From Candidatus Nanopelagicales bacterium (GTDB lineage: Bacteria > Actinomycetota > Actinomycetes > S36-B12 > UBA10799), in the NCBI GenBank assembly GCA_018003655.1, contig JAGNDY010000001.1:35399-99398 (forward strand): a DNA stretch of 64,000 nt, written 5' to 3'. A program made the position numbers and the translations under genes. Positions 6,996 through 15,907 of this stretch are shown piece by piece. Within the stretch, counting starts at the first letter, position 1; every line of letters begins with the position of its first letter. Under the pieces are notes generated by a model. The model saw only the letters and a list, made by a program, of their open reading frames with translations. It was not told the DNA's origin and did not search any database.

Positions 6996-8321
6996 TTGTG
7001 GTGCACCGTGAGCGAGTCGAAACGTCGGCTCGTGGGCAACGCGACTGCACTCATGGTTGCGACCGTCTCCACCTCGGCCCTCGGCCTGGTCTTTTGGGCC
7101 GTCGCGGCTCGGTTGTACACAGCTGGCGATGTCGGGCTTGGCACCGCGCAGATCAGCGCCGCCACCCTTGCCGCGACCGTCGCACAGTTGAGTTTGGGTT
7201 CGTTGTTTCTGCGCTATCTGCCCCAAGCGGGTAAATACGCGCCGTGGATCGTTCGCCGAGTCTTCGCCGTTGTGATCGCGGCGTCGGTGCTGACTGCGCT
7301 CGCGATCGTCGTGCTCGGTTTTGCCGACCTTTACCTCGTCGACCTGACCGCCGCCATCGTGTTCGTGGTCGCGGTGCCCTTCCTCGCCCTCTTCGTGGTG
7401 CAGGACTCAGCACTGCTGGGTCTCGGCGCAGCCAAGATCATTCCGATTGAGAATGTGCTGTTTGCTGCCGGCAAGCTGGTGCTCCTGCCAGTGTTTGCCG
7501 TGTCTGCGGCATACATCGGAATATTCATTTCCTGGGTGATTCCGGCAATCCTGGCGGTAGTGGGAATTGCTATCTACTTGAGTCGAACCAAGCTCTCGAG
7601 CAACGCACTGGGTGAGGAGGGAATGCCGCTGCCCAATCGCAAGGTGCTGTACCCAATGGTGGGCAAGCAGTACGTCGGGACGCTGGTGAGCCAGCTGGTC
7701 TTCCTCGCCGTCCCACTGATCATCATTCACCGCCTGGGCGCCGATGAGAATGGCTACTTGTCGATCGCGTGGATGATTGGTGGAGCCTTCAACGCATTGA
7801 CGGCGAACATCACCCAGTCATTCTCAAACGAGGTCCGCGGTGGTCAGCATGTGACCGTTGACCTGTTCAAGCGGCTGGCCCTGCTGCTGGCGGTAGTAGC
7901 CGGTCTGGGCGGACTTCTGTGTGCGGCGTTGGCACCCCTGATCCTGCGAATCCTGGCGCCAGATTTTGCCGAGCAATCCACCAATTTGTTGCGCTTGATC
8001 GGGCTGTCTGCACCCTTCCAAGCAGTAGTGCTACTGGTGGTCACTTTCTGGTGGTTGGAAGGCCGATTCGAGATCTTCGCAGTTATCCAAGGGCTCAATG
8101 CCGGTATCGCACTGGTGCTGACCTGGTGGCTCGCTCCCGACCTCGGCCTGAACTCAGCTGGCATTGCATTGCTGTCGACGAGTGTGGTCTTCGCGGCGGG
8201 CTGTGTGTGGCCGCTGGCCCGTCGGGTGATGATTATTCGCCGAGACGAAGGGCACGTTTGGACACCCGAACACGCCGACGCTTCGGCTGGACAGCAGCCA
8301 CCGACGGGTGACTCGTCATGA
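6996..8321 (+). CDS. Polysaccharide/oligosaccharide flippase (MOP/Wzx-like multi-pass membrane protein)
   Basis: A 441-aa ORF that is hydrophobic throughout, with about 12-14 predicted TM segments. It has the N-terminal 'RRLVGNATALMVATV' pattern typical of Wzx/PST family proteins. The track start at 6996 is TTG. GTG at 7008 is an equally good start. Its stop forms an ATGA overlap with the next gene. Confidence 0.65.
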   Translation: MWCTVSESKRRLVGNATALMVATVSTSALGLVFWAVAARLYTAGDVGLGTAQISAATLAATVAQLSLGSLFLRYLPQAGKYAPWIVRRVFAVVIAASVLTALAIVVLGFADLYLVDLTAAIVFVVAVPFLALFVVQDSALLGLGAAKIIPIENVLFAAGKLVLLPVFAVSAAYIGIFISWVIPAILAVVGIAIYLSRTKLSSNALGEEGMPLPNRKVLYPMVGKQYVGTLVSQLVFLAVPLIIIHRLGADENGYLSIAWMIGGAFNALTANITQSFSNEVRGGQHVTVDLFKRLALLLAVVAGLGGLLCAALAPLILRILAPDFAEQSTNLLRLIGLSAPFQAVVLLVVTFWWLEGRFEIFAVIQGLNAGIALVLTWWLAPDLGLNSAGIALLSTSVVFAAGCVWPLARRVMIIRRDEGHVWTPEHADASAGQQPPTGDSS

Positions 8322-9421
8322 CGGCCTCAGTTCCTCGGGGCGGTGGGCTCGACGGGAACTATCGGCTGACCCTCATCTCCGACAGTGACGAGGTGTGGGG
8401 GGCAGAACTGTTCTTGGCGACGCTAGCTGCGGCCCTGCCAGAGGAGGTCATGGTGTCTGTGATCGCCCCGGCGGTGGTGCGTGATCGGATCGAGAAGGGC
8501 CGCAAACTCGTGCGTCGGGGCCGGTACGTCAAGTCCGTCAAGGCGCTTCGTGCGCAATTGCGGGGACAGGTGCCGGACGTGGTGTTGGTCAATGCAACTC
8601 ATCCGCGTTCCTGTCGGCGGGCGCTGGTGGCCGCTCGCTCGTTGGGGATTCCGACGGTCGTGATCGATCATTCGCCCTATCAGGTCCTGACCAGTTCGGG
8701 CAAGGTCGCACAGCGGTTGATCTCGCGAACCGCGGCCCGGCGGTTAGCGGTCGGCTCAGCCACGGCGTCCGCGCTAGAACGGTCCATCGGCTTGGAACCC
8801 GGTGCGATTGGCGTGGTGCTCAACGGAACACCTGAGTGCGCTGCCTGTCCGCCGAGGGTTCGCGATGGCCAAGTCGTCTTGGGCACATTGGGTCGACTCT
8901 CGCAGGAGAAGGGCCTGCCAACGCTGCTGGCGGCGATGCCCGCGCTGCCCAGCCGATACGTGTTACGGATCGCCGGTAGTGGCCCGGATTCCAAAGCACT
9001 CGCCTCGGCGGTACAGGCTGCGGGGCTGGCCGATCGGGTGGATTTCGTCGGCTATTGCTCCGATGTGCGTGGTTTCCTGTGCGACATTGACGTGTTCGTT
9101 CAACCGTCATACTCCGAGGGGCTGCCGTTGACGATTGTGGAAGCGATGTTCTGTGGCCGGCCGGTGATCGCGTCCGATGTGGGCAGCATCAGCGACATCA
9201 TCGACCAGGGTGTGACCGGTTGGCTCGTCCCGCCGCAGGAGCCGCAGGCTTTGGCCGACGCACTGCTGCTCGTCGGTGACGATCCAGCCTTGGCGGCGAC
9301 CGTCGCAAGAGACGCTCGCAGCCTGGCAACACGGGAACTTAGCGACCAGCGGATGGCGACCCGCTACGACCAGATCTTCCGTTCTGTGTTAGGCGACGTG
9401 GCTGCGGTTGTGTCACCGTGA
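8318..9421 (+). CDS. Glycosyltransferase family 4 (GT-B, GT1 domain)
   Basis: A 367-aa ORF whose C-terminal half has the GT4 signature 'FVQPSYSEGLPLTIVEAMFCGRPVIASDVGSISDII..GVTGWLV' (EX7E region). It is coupled to both neighbours (ATGA at 8318-8321, GTGA at 9418-9421). Confidence 0.85.
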   Translation: MTASVPRGGGLDGNYRLTLISDSDEVWGAELFLATLAAALPEEVMVSVIAPAVVRDRIEKGRKLVRRGRYVKSVKALRAQLRGQVPDVVLVNATHPRSCRRALVAARSLGIPTVVIDHSPYQVLTSSGKVAQRLISRTAARRLAVGSATASALERSIGLEPGAIGVVLNGTPECAACPPRVRDGQVVLGTLGRLSQEKGLPTLLAAMPALPSRYVLRIAGSGPDSKALASAVQAAGLADRVDFVGYCSDVRGFLCDIDVFVQPSYSEGLPLTIVEAMFCGRPVIASDVGSISDIIDQGVTGWLVPPQEPQALADALLLVGDDPALAATVARDARSLATRELSDQRMATRYDQIFRSVLGDVAAVVSP

Positions 9422-10863
9422 CGGACACCGCCGTACAGTCGATCGCTTCCCGACGGGCGGCGGACACCCGATTCCTGCTGCCATTTGCCCCCAAAACTGC
9501 AGTGCTGCTTGGGACTCGCTCCGGTGACGCAGCGAGTTGGCAGGCCTGCGGAATCGATGTGCTGGCAGCGGACAGTGGCACCCCTGTCGACGTGGTCGTA
9601 ACCGACTCGAAGTCCCTACCCACTGCCCTGCAGCTCGACGCGCGGGCACTGATCATTCATTCAAAGCGCAGACGCGGCAGTGTGCTGGTGGACGCCGACT
9701 GGCGGGTCGAGCGGTACCTGCAGATGACCGGTTCGGATGGGCCAATCATCATCGCAACGCCCACGCGTGACGTATTGCGATACCTCGCGGTGGAATGGTC
9801 GCCACCGACAACGCTGGTGCAGACGGTTGCTCGACTGGGGCTGCGCTCGGTCACCGCCACTAGGAGTCACAACCTGACAATCGCGACCCGAGAGGCGGGT
9901 TCACCGCAAGCACTGGCGGCCGGATGTGCAGCGGCCGGGCTCGCTCAGCCTGACGGCTTCTTCATGTTCTTCGGCAGCGGGAACGATCGTCAGCGGCCGG
10001 TGGCCTTCGCATTCCCCGCTGCTGGTCGCGACCCGGAGTGGTTGGTCAAGTGGAGTCGCACCGACAACGAACCCGAGCGCGGAAGGCACGAACGCCACGT
10101 ACGAGCAGCGGTCGCCCGGTACCCCGACCTCAACGAACATGTGCCGAGGGATTTGGGTCGCCTGACCTTCGCCGGCTCACCCGCGTCCGTGGAGACGGTT
10201 GCCCCCGGCGTCTCGCTGGACGGGCTGTGGCAGCGCGGAGACGTTGAGAGGGCACTGGCGGTGGGGGAGCGAGTGCTGAAATGGCTGTGCGACTTGGCGC
10301 AGGCGTCCGCGGCTCCAGGTTCCGATGCCCGCGCCTTTGTCGTTGAGGACGCCGACGCGCTCGGGGTGGATGCGACACGACTGATTGATGCCATCGTTGA
10401 CGTGCCGAGGGTTGTTGCCCACAACGATTTGGGAACTGTGAATGTGCTGACGGACGGATCCCGGTTCACCGTCATTGACTGGGAGGATGGACTCATCGAG
10501 GGCTTGCCGGTCGTCGATGTGGCCTACTTCGTGACAACGCTGCTGGCGATGATTCATGCGCCGAGCGAGCCACGAGAGCGAGCGCGCTGGTGCTGCGCCC
10601 TGTGGCGTGGAGAACTCCCGGAGTCGCAATTTGCATTCCGGTGGCTGCGGCGGGCGGCGGACGGGCTGGGTCTCGATGGTGTGCAGACCGGCGCACTGGT
10701 AACGATGTCCTGGCTGCAGGGAGCCCACTCGGCAGGTGACCGCGAGCACTTGCAGACGGAGCGAACCCCGCACTTGGGCTACTACCGTGGGTTTGTCACG
10801 CAGTACTGGTTGGACGATGATCGGCTCGGGTTGGGGTGGCAGTTTGATGCAACTGCGAGTTGA
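9418..10863 (+). CDS. Aminoglycoside-phosphotransferase/choline-kinase-fold protein with an uncharacterised ~190-aa N-terminal region
   Basis: A 481-aa ORF with a kinase-fold catalytic block 'VVAHNDLGTVNVLTDGSRFTVIDWEDG' (HxDxxxxN ... D). The N-terminal part ('TAVLLGTRSGD...GIDVLAAD...VDVVVTD') resembles a degenerate Rossmann/methyltransferase-like fold. Confidence 0.6.
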   Translation: MTDTAVQSIASRRAADTRFLLPFAPKTAVLLGTRSGDAASWQACGIDVLAADSGTPVDVVVTDSKSLPTALQLDARALIIHSKRRRGSVLVDADWRVERYLQMTGSDGPIIIATPTRDVLRYLAVEWSPPTTLVQTVARLGLRSVTATRSHNLTIATREAGSPQALAAGCAAAGLAQPDGFFMFFGSGNDRQRPVAFAFPAAGRDPEWLVKWSRTDNEPERGRHERHVRAAVARYPDLNEHVPRDLGRLTFAGSPASVETVAPGVSLDGLWQRGDVERALAVGERVLKWLCDLAQASAAPGSDARAFVVEDADALGVDATRLIDAIVDVPRVVAHNDLGTVNVLTDGSRFTVIDWEDGLIEGLPVVDVAYFVTTLLAMIHAPSEPRERARWCCALWRGELPESQFAFRWLRRAADGLGLDGVQTGALVTMSWLQGAHSAGDREHLQTERTPHLGYYRGFVTQYWLDDDRLGLGWQFDATAS

Positions 10864-11854
10864 AACCGAGCTCGGGCGCTTTGCCGCACGGTGGGATGCG
10901 CTGCTTGATCAAGCGCCTCGGCCGTCTGTCTTCCTGCGCGCATGGTGGCTGGAAGCCGTCGCTTCGGGAACACCGCAATTCGTGCTCGTTTTCGACGGCG
11001 AGGACTTGGTCGGGGGCTGCCCCCTGCAGCAGGTCGACTGGCACGGGATCCCACTGCTCGAGTTCATGGGTAGCGGCCCGTTGGAAGCCGATCACCTAGA
11101 TGTGGTCGTTGCGGCCGGCTTCGAGGATCAGGTGCGTGACAAGGTGTTCGCCTGGCTTGGCAGGCGAGGCTCCCGAGTTGTGGATTTGCGAGGGCTGAAC
11201 GAACACGCGGTCTTGTTGTCCGGGCGTGAGGGAACAACTGCGGAGTTGCTGCAAGTCGCTCCCTTCTCCGATCTGTCCGGAGGCTTCGCTGAGTTCATGG
11301 CAGCGCGCTCCAAGAGCCTGCGTCGAGATATTCGACAGGCGCAGCGGCGGATGGAGGAAGGCGATGTCACATTCCAACTGTGTGGTCCGTCGGAGGCAGC
11401 GGGAGCGTTGAACGCACTGCGAGATATGCATGCCCAGCAGTGGGGCGACGAGTCCAGCTTTCTAGCCGGTTGGCCGCGTTTCCGCGCAGCTGCCATCGCC
11501 GGTTGTGAACGCGGAGAAGTCGTCGTGGGTCAGGCGACACTGCCCAGCGGCGAACCGATAGCCGCTGGCGTCGCCCTGCAATGCGGCTCCGTGATGTTCA
11601 ACTACCAGAGTGGCCGGTCGCAAGACCCGCGCTGGACTGGCTCAGGGACATTCGTCGACGCTGCCTTGATGCAGGCCAATCCGGCGACAGTCGAGATGGA
11701 TTGGCTTCGGGGCACCGAGAGGTACAAGTCCAAATGGGCAACCGGCGAGCGCCCGCTGTTCCGCCTGCGATTTGCGCACGGGTCGCGGGGATGGTTGGCG
11801 ATTCAGGCATCGAAGATGCTGCACTCCTGGCGCGAGCGCAGAGCCAGGCGCTAG
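10847..11854 (+). CDS. Fem/CelD (BioF2-like, Acetyltransf_6) GNAT-fold acyl/aminoacyl-transferase, paralogue 1
   Basis: I trimmed the track ORF to ATG 10847 ('MQLRVETELGRFAARWDALLDQAPRPSVFLRAWWLEAV'), which aligns with the start of paralogue 2. It has the CelD/BcsL-like layout ('FLRxWWL', 'RSKSLRRDIRQAQRRME', 'MHAQQWGDESSF', 'YQSGR...GSG', 'DWLRGTERYKSKW'). Confidence 0.7.
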   Translation: MQLRVETELGRFAARWDALLDQAPRPSVFLRAWWLEAVASGTPQFVLVFDGEDLVGGCPLQQVDWHGIPLLEFMGSGPLEADHLDVVVAAGFEDQVRDKVFAWLGRRGSRVVDLRGLNEHAVLLSGREGTTAELLQVAPFSDLSGGFAEFMAARSKSLRRDIRQAQRRMEEGDVTFQLCGPSEAAGALNALRDMHAQQWGDESSFLAGWPRFRAAAIAGCERGEVVVGQATLPSGEPIAAGVALQCGSVMFNYQSGRSQDPRWTGSGTFVDAALMQANPATVEMDWLRGTERYKSKWATGERPLFRLRFAHGSRGWLAIQASKMLHSWRERRARR

Positions 11855-11889
11855 CGATTTTGGTGGTTAGTTCAGGAGAGGGCGGTTCG

Positions 11890-13014
11890 ATGCAGGTACG
11901 AGTTGAGAGCGAGCTCGGGCACTTGGCCGCGCGGTGGGATGCGCTGCTTGATCAAGCGCCTCGGCCGTCGGTGTTCCTGCGCTCCTGGTGGCTGCAAGCG
12001 GTCGTGACCGGAACTGCGCAGTTTGTGCTGGTTTTCGACGGCGACGAACTGATCGGCGGGTGTCCGCTGCAAGAGGTCGAATGGCATGGACTGCCGCTCG
12101 TCGAGTTCGTTGGCACCGGGCCGCTGGAACCGGACCACCTCGATGTTGTGGCCGCTCGGGGCAAAGAGGTCCGGATCCGCGACGCGGTCCTGGCTTGGTT
12201 GCTGCGACCCGGTGCCCGAGTGATTGATCTACAGGGCTTGAACGCCGATTCGATCCTGCTCTCAGACCCCGATCAGCTGGCGGCGGCAGAGGTCATGGAA
12301 GCGGCGCCCTATGCCGATCTCGCTGTTGGGGTCGAGGCCTTCCTCGCATCAAGGCGCACCAGCATGCGCAGGCACTTCCGCCAGGCCGAAAGGCGGATGG
12401 AGCGGGCGCAGGTGGAGTTCCGCATGTGCGATGAGTTAACGATTGAGGCAGGGCTCGAGGCGCTGCGCAGCATGCACGAGCAACGGTGGGGAGATGAGTC
12501 GAGCTTCATCGCAGGTTGGGAGCAGTTCCGATCAGCCGCTTTGGCTGGGATCGCGATGGGGGAGGTTGTGCTGGCCGAGGCGCTGTTGCCGGATGGTCAA
12601 CCGATTGCGGCGGCCGTTGTGCTCACCTGTGGAACGATCGCGTACAACTACCAGGCAGGCCGACTGCAGGATCAGCGGTGGACGCGCTCAGGCCAATGGT
12701 TGGATTACCGCCTGCTGGTGGCCCACCCGAAGTGGTCGGAGTTGGACTGGCTGCGCGGTGATGAGCCCTACAAGTCCGATTGGACGACTGATAAGCGCAC
12801 CCTCTACCGACTGCGATTTGGCCACGGACCTAGGGCCAAGCTCGCGGTTGAGGCGTCCAGGGCGGTCACTTTCATCCACGAGCACGAACCCGGTCACCAT
12901 GGCGATGCAAACGACAAGCATGAATCGGTGCCGGTACCGGCTACGGGGTCGGAGGGCTATCCCCGATCGGCCGGGTCGCCACCAGCGGCGACGGGCTCCG
13001 CTGGACCCCAGTGA
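11890..13014 (+). CDS. Fem/CelD (BioF2-like, Acetyltransf_6) GNAT-fold acyl/aminoacyl-transferase, paralogue 2
   Basis: I trimmed the track ORF to ATG 11890 ('MQVRVESELGHLAARWDALLDQAPRPSVFLRSWWLQAV'). It is collinear with paralogue 1 over its whole length and adds a ~40-aa low-complexity C-terminal tail. Confidence 0.7.
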   Translation: MQVRVESELGHLAARWDALLDQAPRPSVFLRSWWLQAVVTGTAQFVLVFDGDELIGGCPLQEVEWHGLPLVEFVGTGPLEPDHLDVVAARGKEVRIRDAVLAWLLRPGARVIDLQGLNADSILLSDPDQLAAAEVMEAAPYADLAVGVEAFLASRRTSMRRHFRQAERRMERAQVEFRMCDELTIEAGLEALRSMHEQRWGDESSFIAGWEQFRSAALAGIAMGEVVLAEALLPDGQPIAAAVVLTCGTIAYNYQAGRLQDQRWTRSGQWLDYRLLVAHPKWSELDWLRGDEPYKSDWTTDKRTLYRLRFGHGPRAKLAVEASRAVTFIHEHEPGHHGDANDKHESVPVPATGSEGYPRSAGSPPAATGSAGPQ

Positions 13015-14579
13015 GCGAGGGGTTGCAGCCGTCGGCGAATCCCGGCCGGACTCAGACCCAGCAACCACCGTTCGTCATTTGCGGTGAGCATCCCAAACAG
13101 CCTGTTCGCTCCGAACAGGAAAATAAAGTCCAGCACCGTGAAGACGAAGACGCCCGGCAGGCCACCCAGTAGCCGCAGGCCGACCAGGTTGCCGGCTGCC
13201 ATCACCGCCGAGGCCGCGACTGCCACCCACACGCGGCCGAACAGGTCCCGGGGCTTGGGTGTGCGGCTCCAGGTGTAACCCACCACAACCAGACTGAACC
13301 CGACCTGGCCGGCGGTGTTGGCCATTGCCGCACCCCAGACTCCGTAGCTCTTGATCAGGGTGATTGACAGGCCGAGGTCGGCAATGCCGCCAACGATCAT
13401 GGCGACGGTGATCGGCCGCAGCCGCCCGCGGGCTGACCAATACGTCTGGCACAAGGTCGCGACAGGGAAGACCAGACAACTCAGAGCCAGGATCGGAACA
13501 ATGGCGGCGGCATCGGTAAACGCATCGCCGTACAACCACACAATGAACGGCGGAACAAGGGTTGCGGTGATGACGGCCAGGGGTGCAGATCCGGCCGCAA
13601 TCACCCTTGCCGCGGGTTTCAGATGGGTCTGGCCGACGTTGCTGTCGCCAGCGCTGACGGCGCGGACGATCGTGGGAAACGCCGAGCCGATCAGAGAACC
13701 GGGAATGAGCAGGATGGCATTCACGATCATGAAGGCGACCGAGAACATGGCGATCTGGGTGTCCGTCTGCCACCTGGCCAGGAAGAACAACTCGATGCGG
13801 TTGAAGACGACTGCCTTGAGTGCGGCCTGCACCATGAAGGCCATGGCGAGCCTGGTTATACCTGGCTGCAGCGGCCAGCGTGGTCCTCGCTCGACCCGAG
13901 GCGCACTGCGGCGGATCACCAGCGCGAGGCAAGTCTCGGAGAAAGCGTAGGCAACGAACACGCCAGCTACGCCCCAGCCGGCAAGCACTGCCAAAACGGC
14001 GAGTACCGGGGCGACAGACTGCCAGATGATGTTGTGTCGGGAGACCGCCGCCCAGCCGAAGGCCGCGACGGTTCTGGCGCCGTAGTTCAGTGCTGCGGCA
14101 TTGGCCAATGCCCAGATGGCACACGCCACCCAACTCACGATGTCGTCGGACCGCAAACCGATGGTCAGCAGAACAACGACGGAGATGCCGCCGCCGACCA
14201 GACCCGCGACGTTTGCCTGCCGGCTGAGCACCTCGACCATCGCCATATCGCCGACGGCTCGTGCTTCGGAAATCTGGCGTACCCACAGGCTAAACAGTGA
14301 ACCGACTAGCAGGGCAGAGAGCAGTGCTTGAACGAACGCGATATACGACTGCTGACCCAACTCGTCCGGGCCCAGGAATCGTCCCAGGACGACCGAGACC
14401 ATGGCGCCAGCCAACAGCGGGGTCAGGGTCGCTGCAGCGAGCCAGATGCCTCCCCGCCAAGGGGATTGGCCATCAACCTTGGTAGACGCCACGTGGAAAT
14501 ACCTGTCTGGAGCCGAGACGAGCAGGAGTCTGGACTCTAACGGTTCAATCGCGCGGAAAGACTGTCTTGTGGTGTGCAT
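12957..14579 (-). CDS. Polysaccharide biosynthesis protein / second MOP-type flippase
   Basis: I trimmed the 596-aa track ORF to ATG 14579, which avoids overlap with the divergent GT4. The protein is a multi-pass membrane protein with PST/MOP-like features ('LGRFLGPDELGQQSYI', many TM helices). Confidence 0.65.
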   Translation of the reverse strand: MHTTRQSFRAIEPLESRLLLVSAPDRYFHVASTKVDGQSPWRGGIWLAAATLTPLLAGAMVSVVLGRFLGPDELGQQSYIAFVQALLSALLVGSLFSLWVRQISEARAVGDMAMVEVLSRQANVAGLVGGGISVVVLLTIGLRSDDIVSWVACAIWALANAAALNYGARTVAAFGWAAVSRHNIIWQSVAPVLAVLAVLAGWGVAGVFVAYAFSETCLALVIRRSAPRVERGPRWPLQPGITRLAMAFMVQAALKAVVFNRIELFFLARWQTDTQIAMFSVAFMIVNAILLIPGSLIGSAFPTIVRAVSAGDSNVGQTHLKPAARVIAAGSAPLAVITATLVPPFIVWLYGDAFTDAAAIVPILALSCLVFPVATLCQTYWSARGRLRPITVAMIVGGIADLGLSITLIKSYGVWGAAMANTAGQVGFSLVVVGYTWSRTPKPRDLFGRVWVAVAASAVMAAGNLVGLRLLGGLPGVFVFTVLDFIFLFGANRLFGMLTANDERWLLGLSPAGIRRRLQPLAHWGPAEPVAAGGDPADRG

Positions 14580-14608
14580 GACGGACGCGACGTGGGAGGC
14601 TGAGCCGT

Positions 14609-15808
14609 ATGCTGAAAGCAAGATCACAACGCCGCGTGCTCGTGACGACGTGTGATCTTCCTTGGCCAGCGAACACCGGCAAGCGAATGCGATCACGACT
14701 GCTTTGCGAGGTTGCCGCCGAGTTCGGTGCCGTGGACGTGCTCGCACTCACCGAGATCGATCCGGCCCATCCCTCCGGTGCTGTGCCCGCTGAGTGGGGC
14801 ACGGTCGATGTCACGGTGATGCCTCCGCAGGTGCGGTCGATGGCAACCGGGGTCGTGCGCGTGGCTACCCATTGGTGGCCCGGAGTCATCGCGATTCGGG
14901 ACTGGTCGGCAGAGTTGGCATTCCTCCAGGCGCACGCGGGACAGTACGACCTGGTCATCTTTGGATCACTGGTCCACGCCGAGGCATTGGGGGAGGGTTC
15001 GACTGACCACGTCGTGGTCGACATGGACGACATCGAATCCGCGAAGATCACCGCAAACTTGGCCGTTCGTGGGCAGCAGCCCATGCCTGCGCACCGGCTC
15101 TGGCAACTGCGCGTCGATCGCAGGTTGTGGCGCCGGTTGGAACGTCGGTTCGTCACCTCCGCCGCGACGGCGTTGGTGGCCAGCGAGCTAGACCGGCGGC
15201 GGCTGGCCAAAACCAGGTCGTACGTCGTTCCCAACTACTACCCCGACGTTCATCCGATTGAGCCGTTGCCCCGGAACGCGTCGATCGCACTGGTCGGGAA
15301 CTTCGCCTACCCGCCCAACCGAGATGCGGCGCAGATGGCGGTCAGCGAGGTGCTGCCGCTCGTGCGTCGCGAGGTCCCCGATGTGCGCCTGCGCATCGTC
15401 GGTCGGGCAGCGCAGACTCTGCCCGATCAGTTGCTCACGGCGGTGGGTGTGGACCTTGTGGGCGAGGTTGATTCAATCGCGACCGAACTGTCGCACTGCG
15501 CGGTTTCGCTGGTACCGGTCCGTTACGGCGGGGGCACTCGAATCAAAATCATCGAATCGTTTGCGCTTGGGGTGCCGGTCGTGTCGACCAGTGTGGGTTG
15601 CGAAGGCCTCGCAGCCGCACCCGGGATTGACCTGCTTGTCGCTGACGACCCGGCCGGTCTCGCACAGGAGTGTTGTCACGTCTTGGCTGATCACCAGCTG
15701 GCTTCCAAGCTGGCCGCTTCAGGCCGCGAACTGTTCGAGCGGGAGTTCTCCTACGCACACGCCAAGGCCAGCCTGCGAGTTGCCCTCGACCAAGCCATCG
15801 GCGGCTGA
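14609..15808 (+). CDS. Glycosyltransferase family 4 (second copy)
   Basis: A 399-aa ORF with ATG 14609 preceded by GGGAGG at 14594-14599. It has the GT4 C-terminal signature 'VSLVPVRYGGGTRIKIIESFALGVPVVSTSVGCEGL'. Confidence 0.8.
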   Translation: MLKARSQRRVLVTTCDLPWPANTGKRMRSRLLCEVAAEFGAVDVLALTEIDPAHPSGAVPAEWGTVDVTVMPPQVRSMATGVVRVATHWWPGVIAIRDWSAELAFLQAHAGQYDLVIFGSLVHAEALGEGSTDHVVVDMDDIESAKITANLAVRGQQPMPAHRLWQLRVDRRLWRRLERRFVTSAATALVASELDRRRLAKTRSYVVPNYYPDVHPIEPLPRNASIALVGNFAYPPNRDAAQMAVSEVLPLVRREVPDVRLRIVGRAAQTLPDQLLTAVGVDLVGEVDSIATELSHCAVSLVPVRYGGGTRIKIIESFALGVPVVSTSVGCEGLAAAPGIDLLVADDPAGLAQECCHVLADHQLASKLAASGRELFEREFSYAHAKASLRVALDQAIGG

Positions 15809-15907
15809 GCAGCGACGCGGTGCCCACGGCACCTGTCGGATGTCACGTGGCTGGTCGCAACGCGCTCTCGTTGCGCGTCGTGGGGGGTCTGCGGGCAGAC
15901 TTCACGC

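Noticed and set aside
13075-14286. A 403-aa minus-strand ORF rich in Arg, Pro and Gly.
   Set aside because: It is an alternative frame inside the flippase gene (12957-14579). Its composition is typical of off-frame translation of GC-rich DNA, and it has no recognisable motifs.
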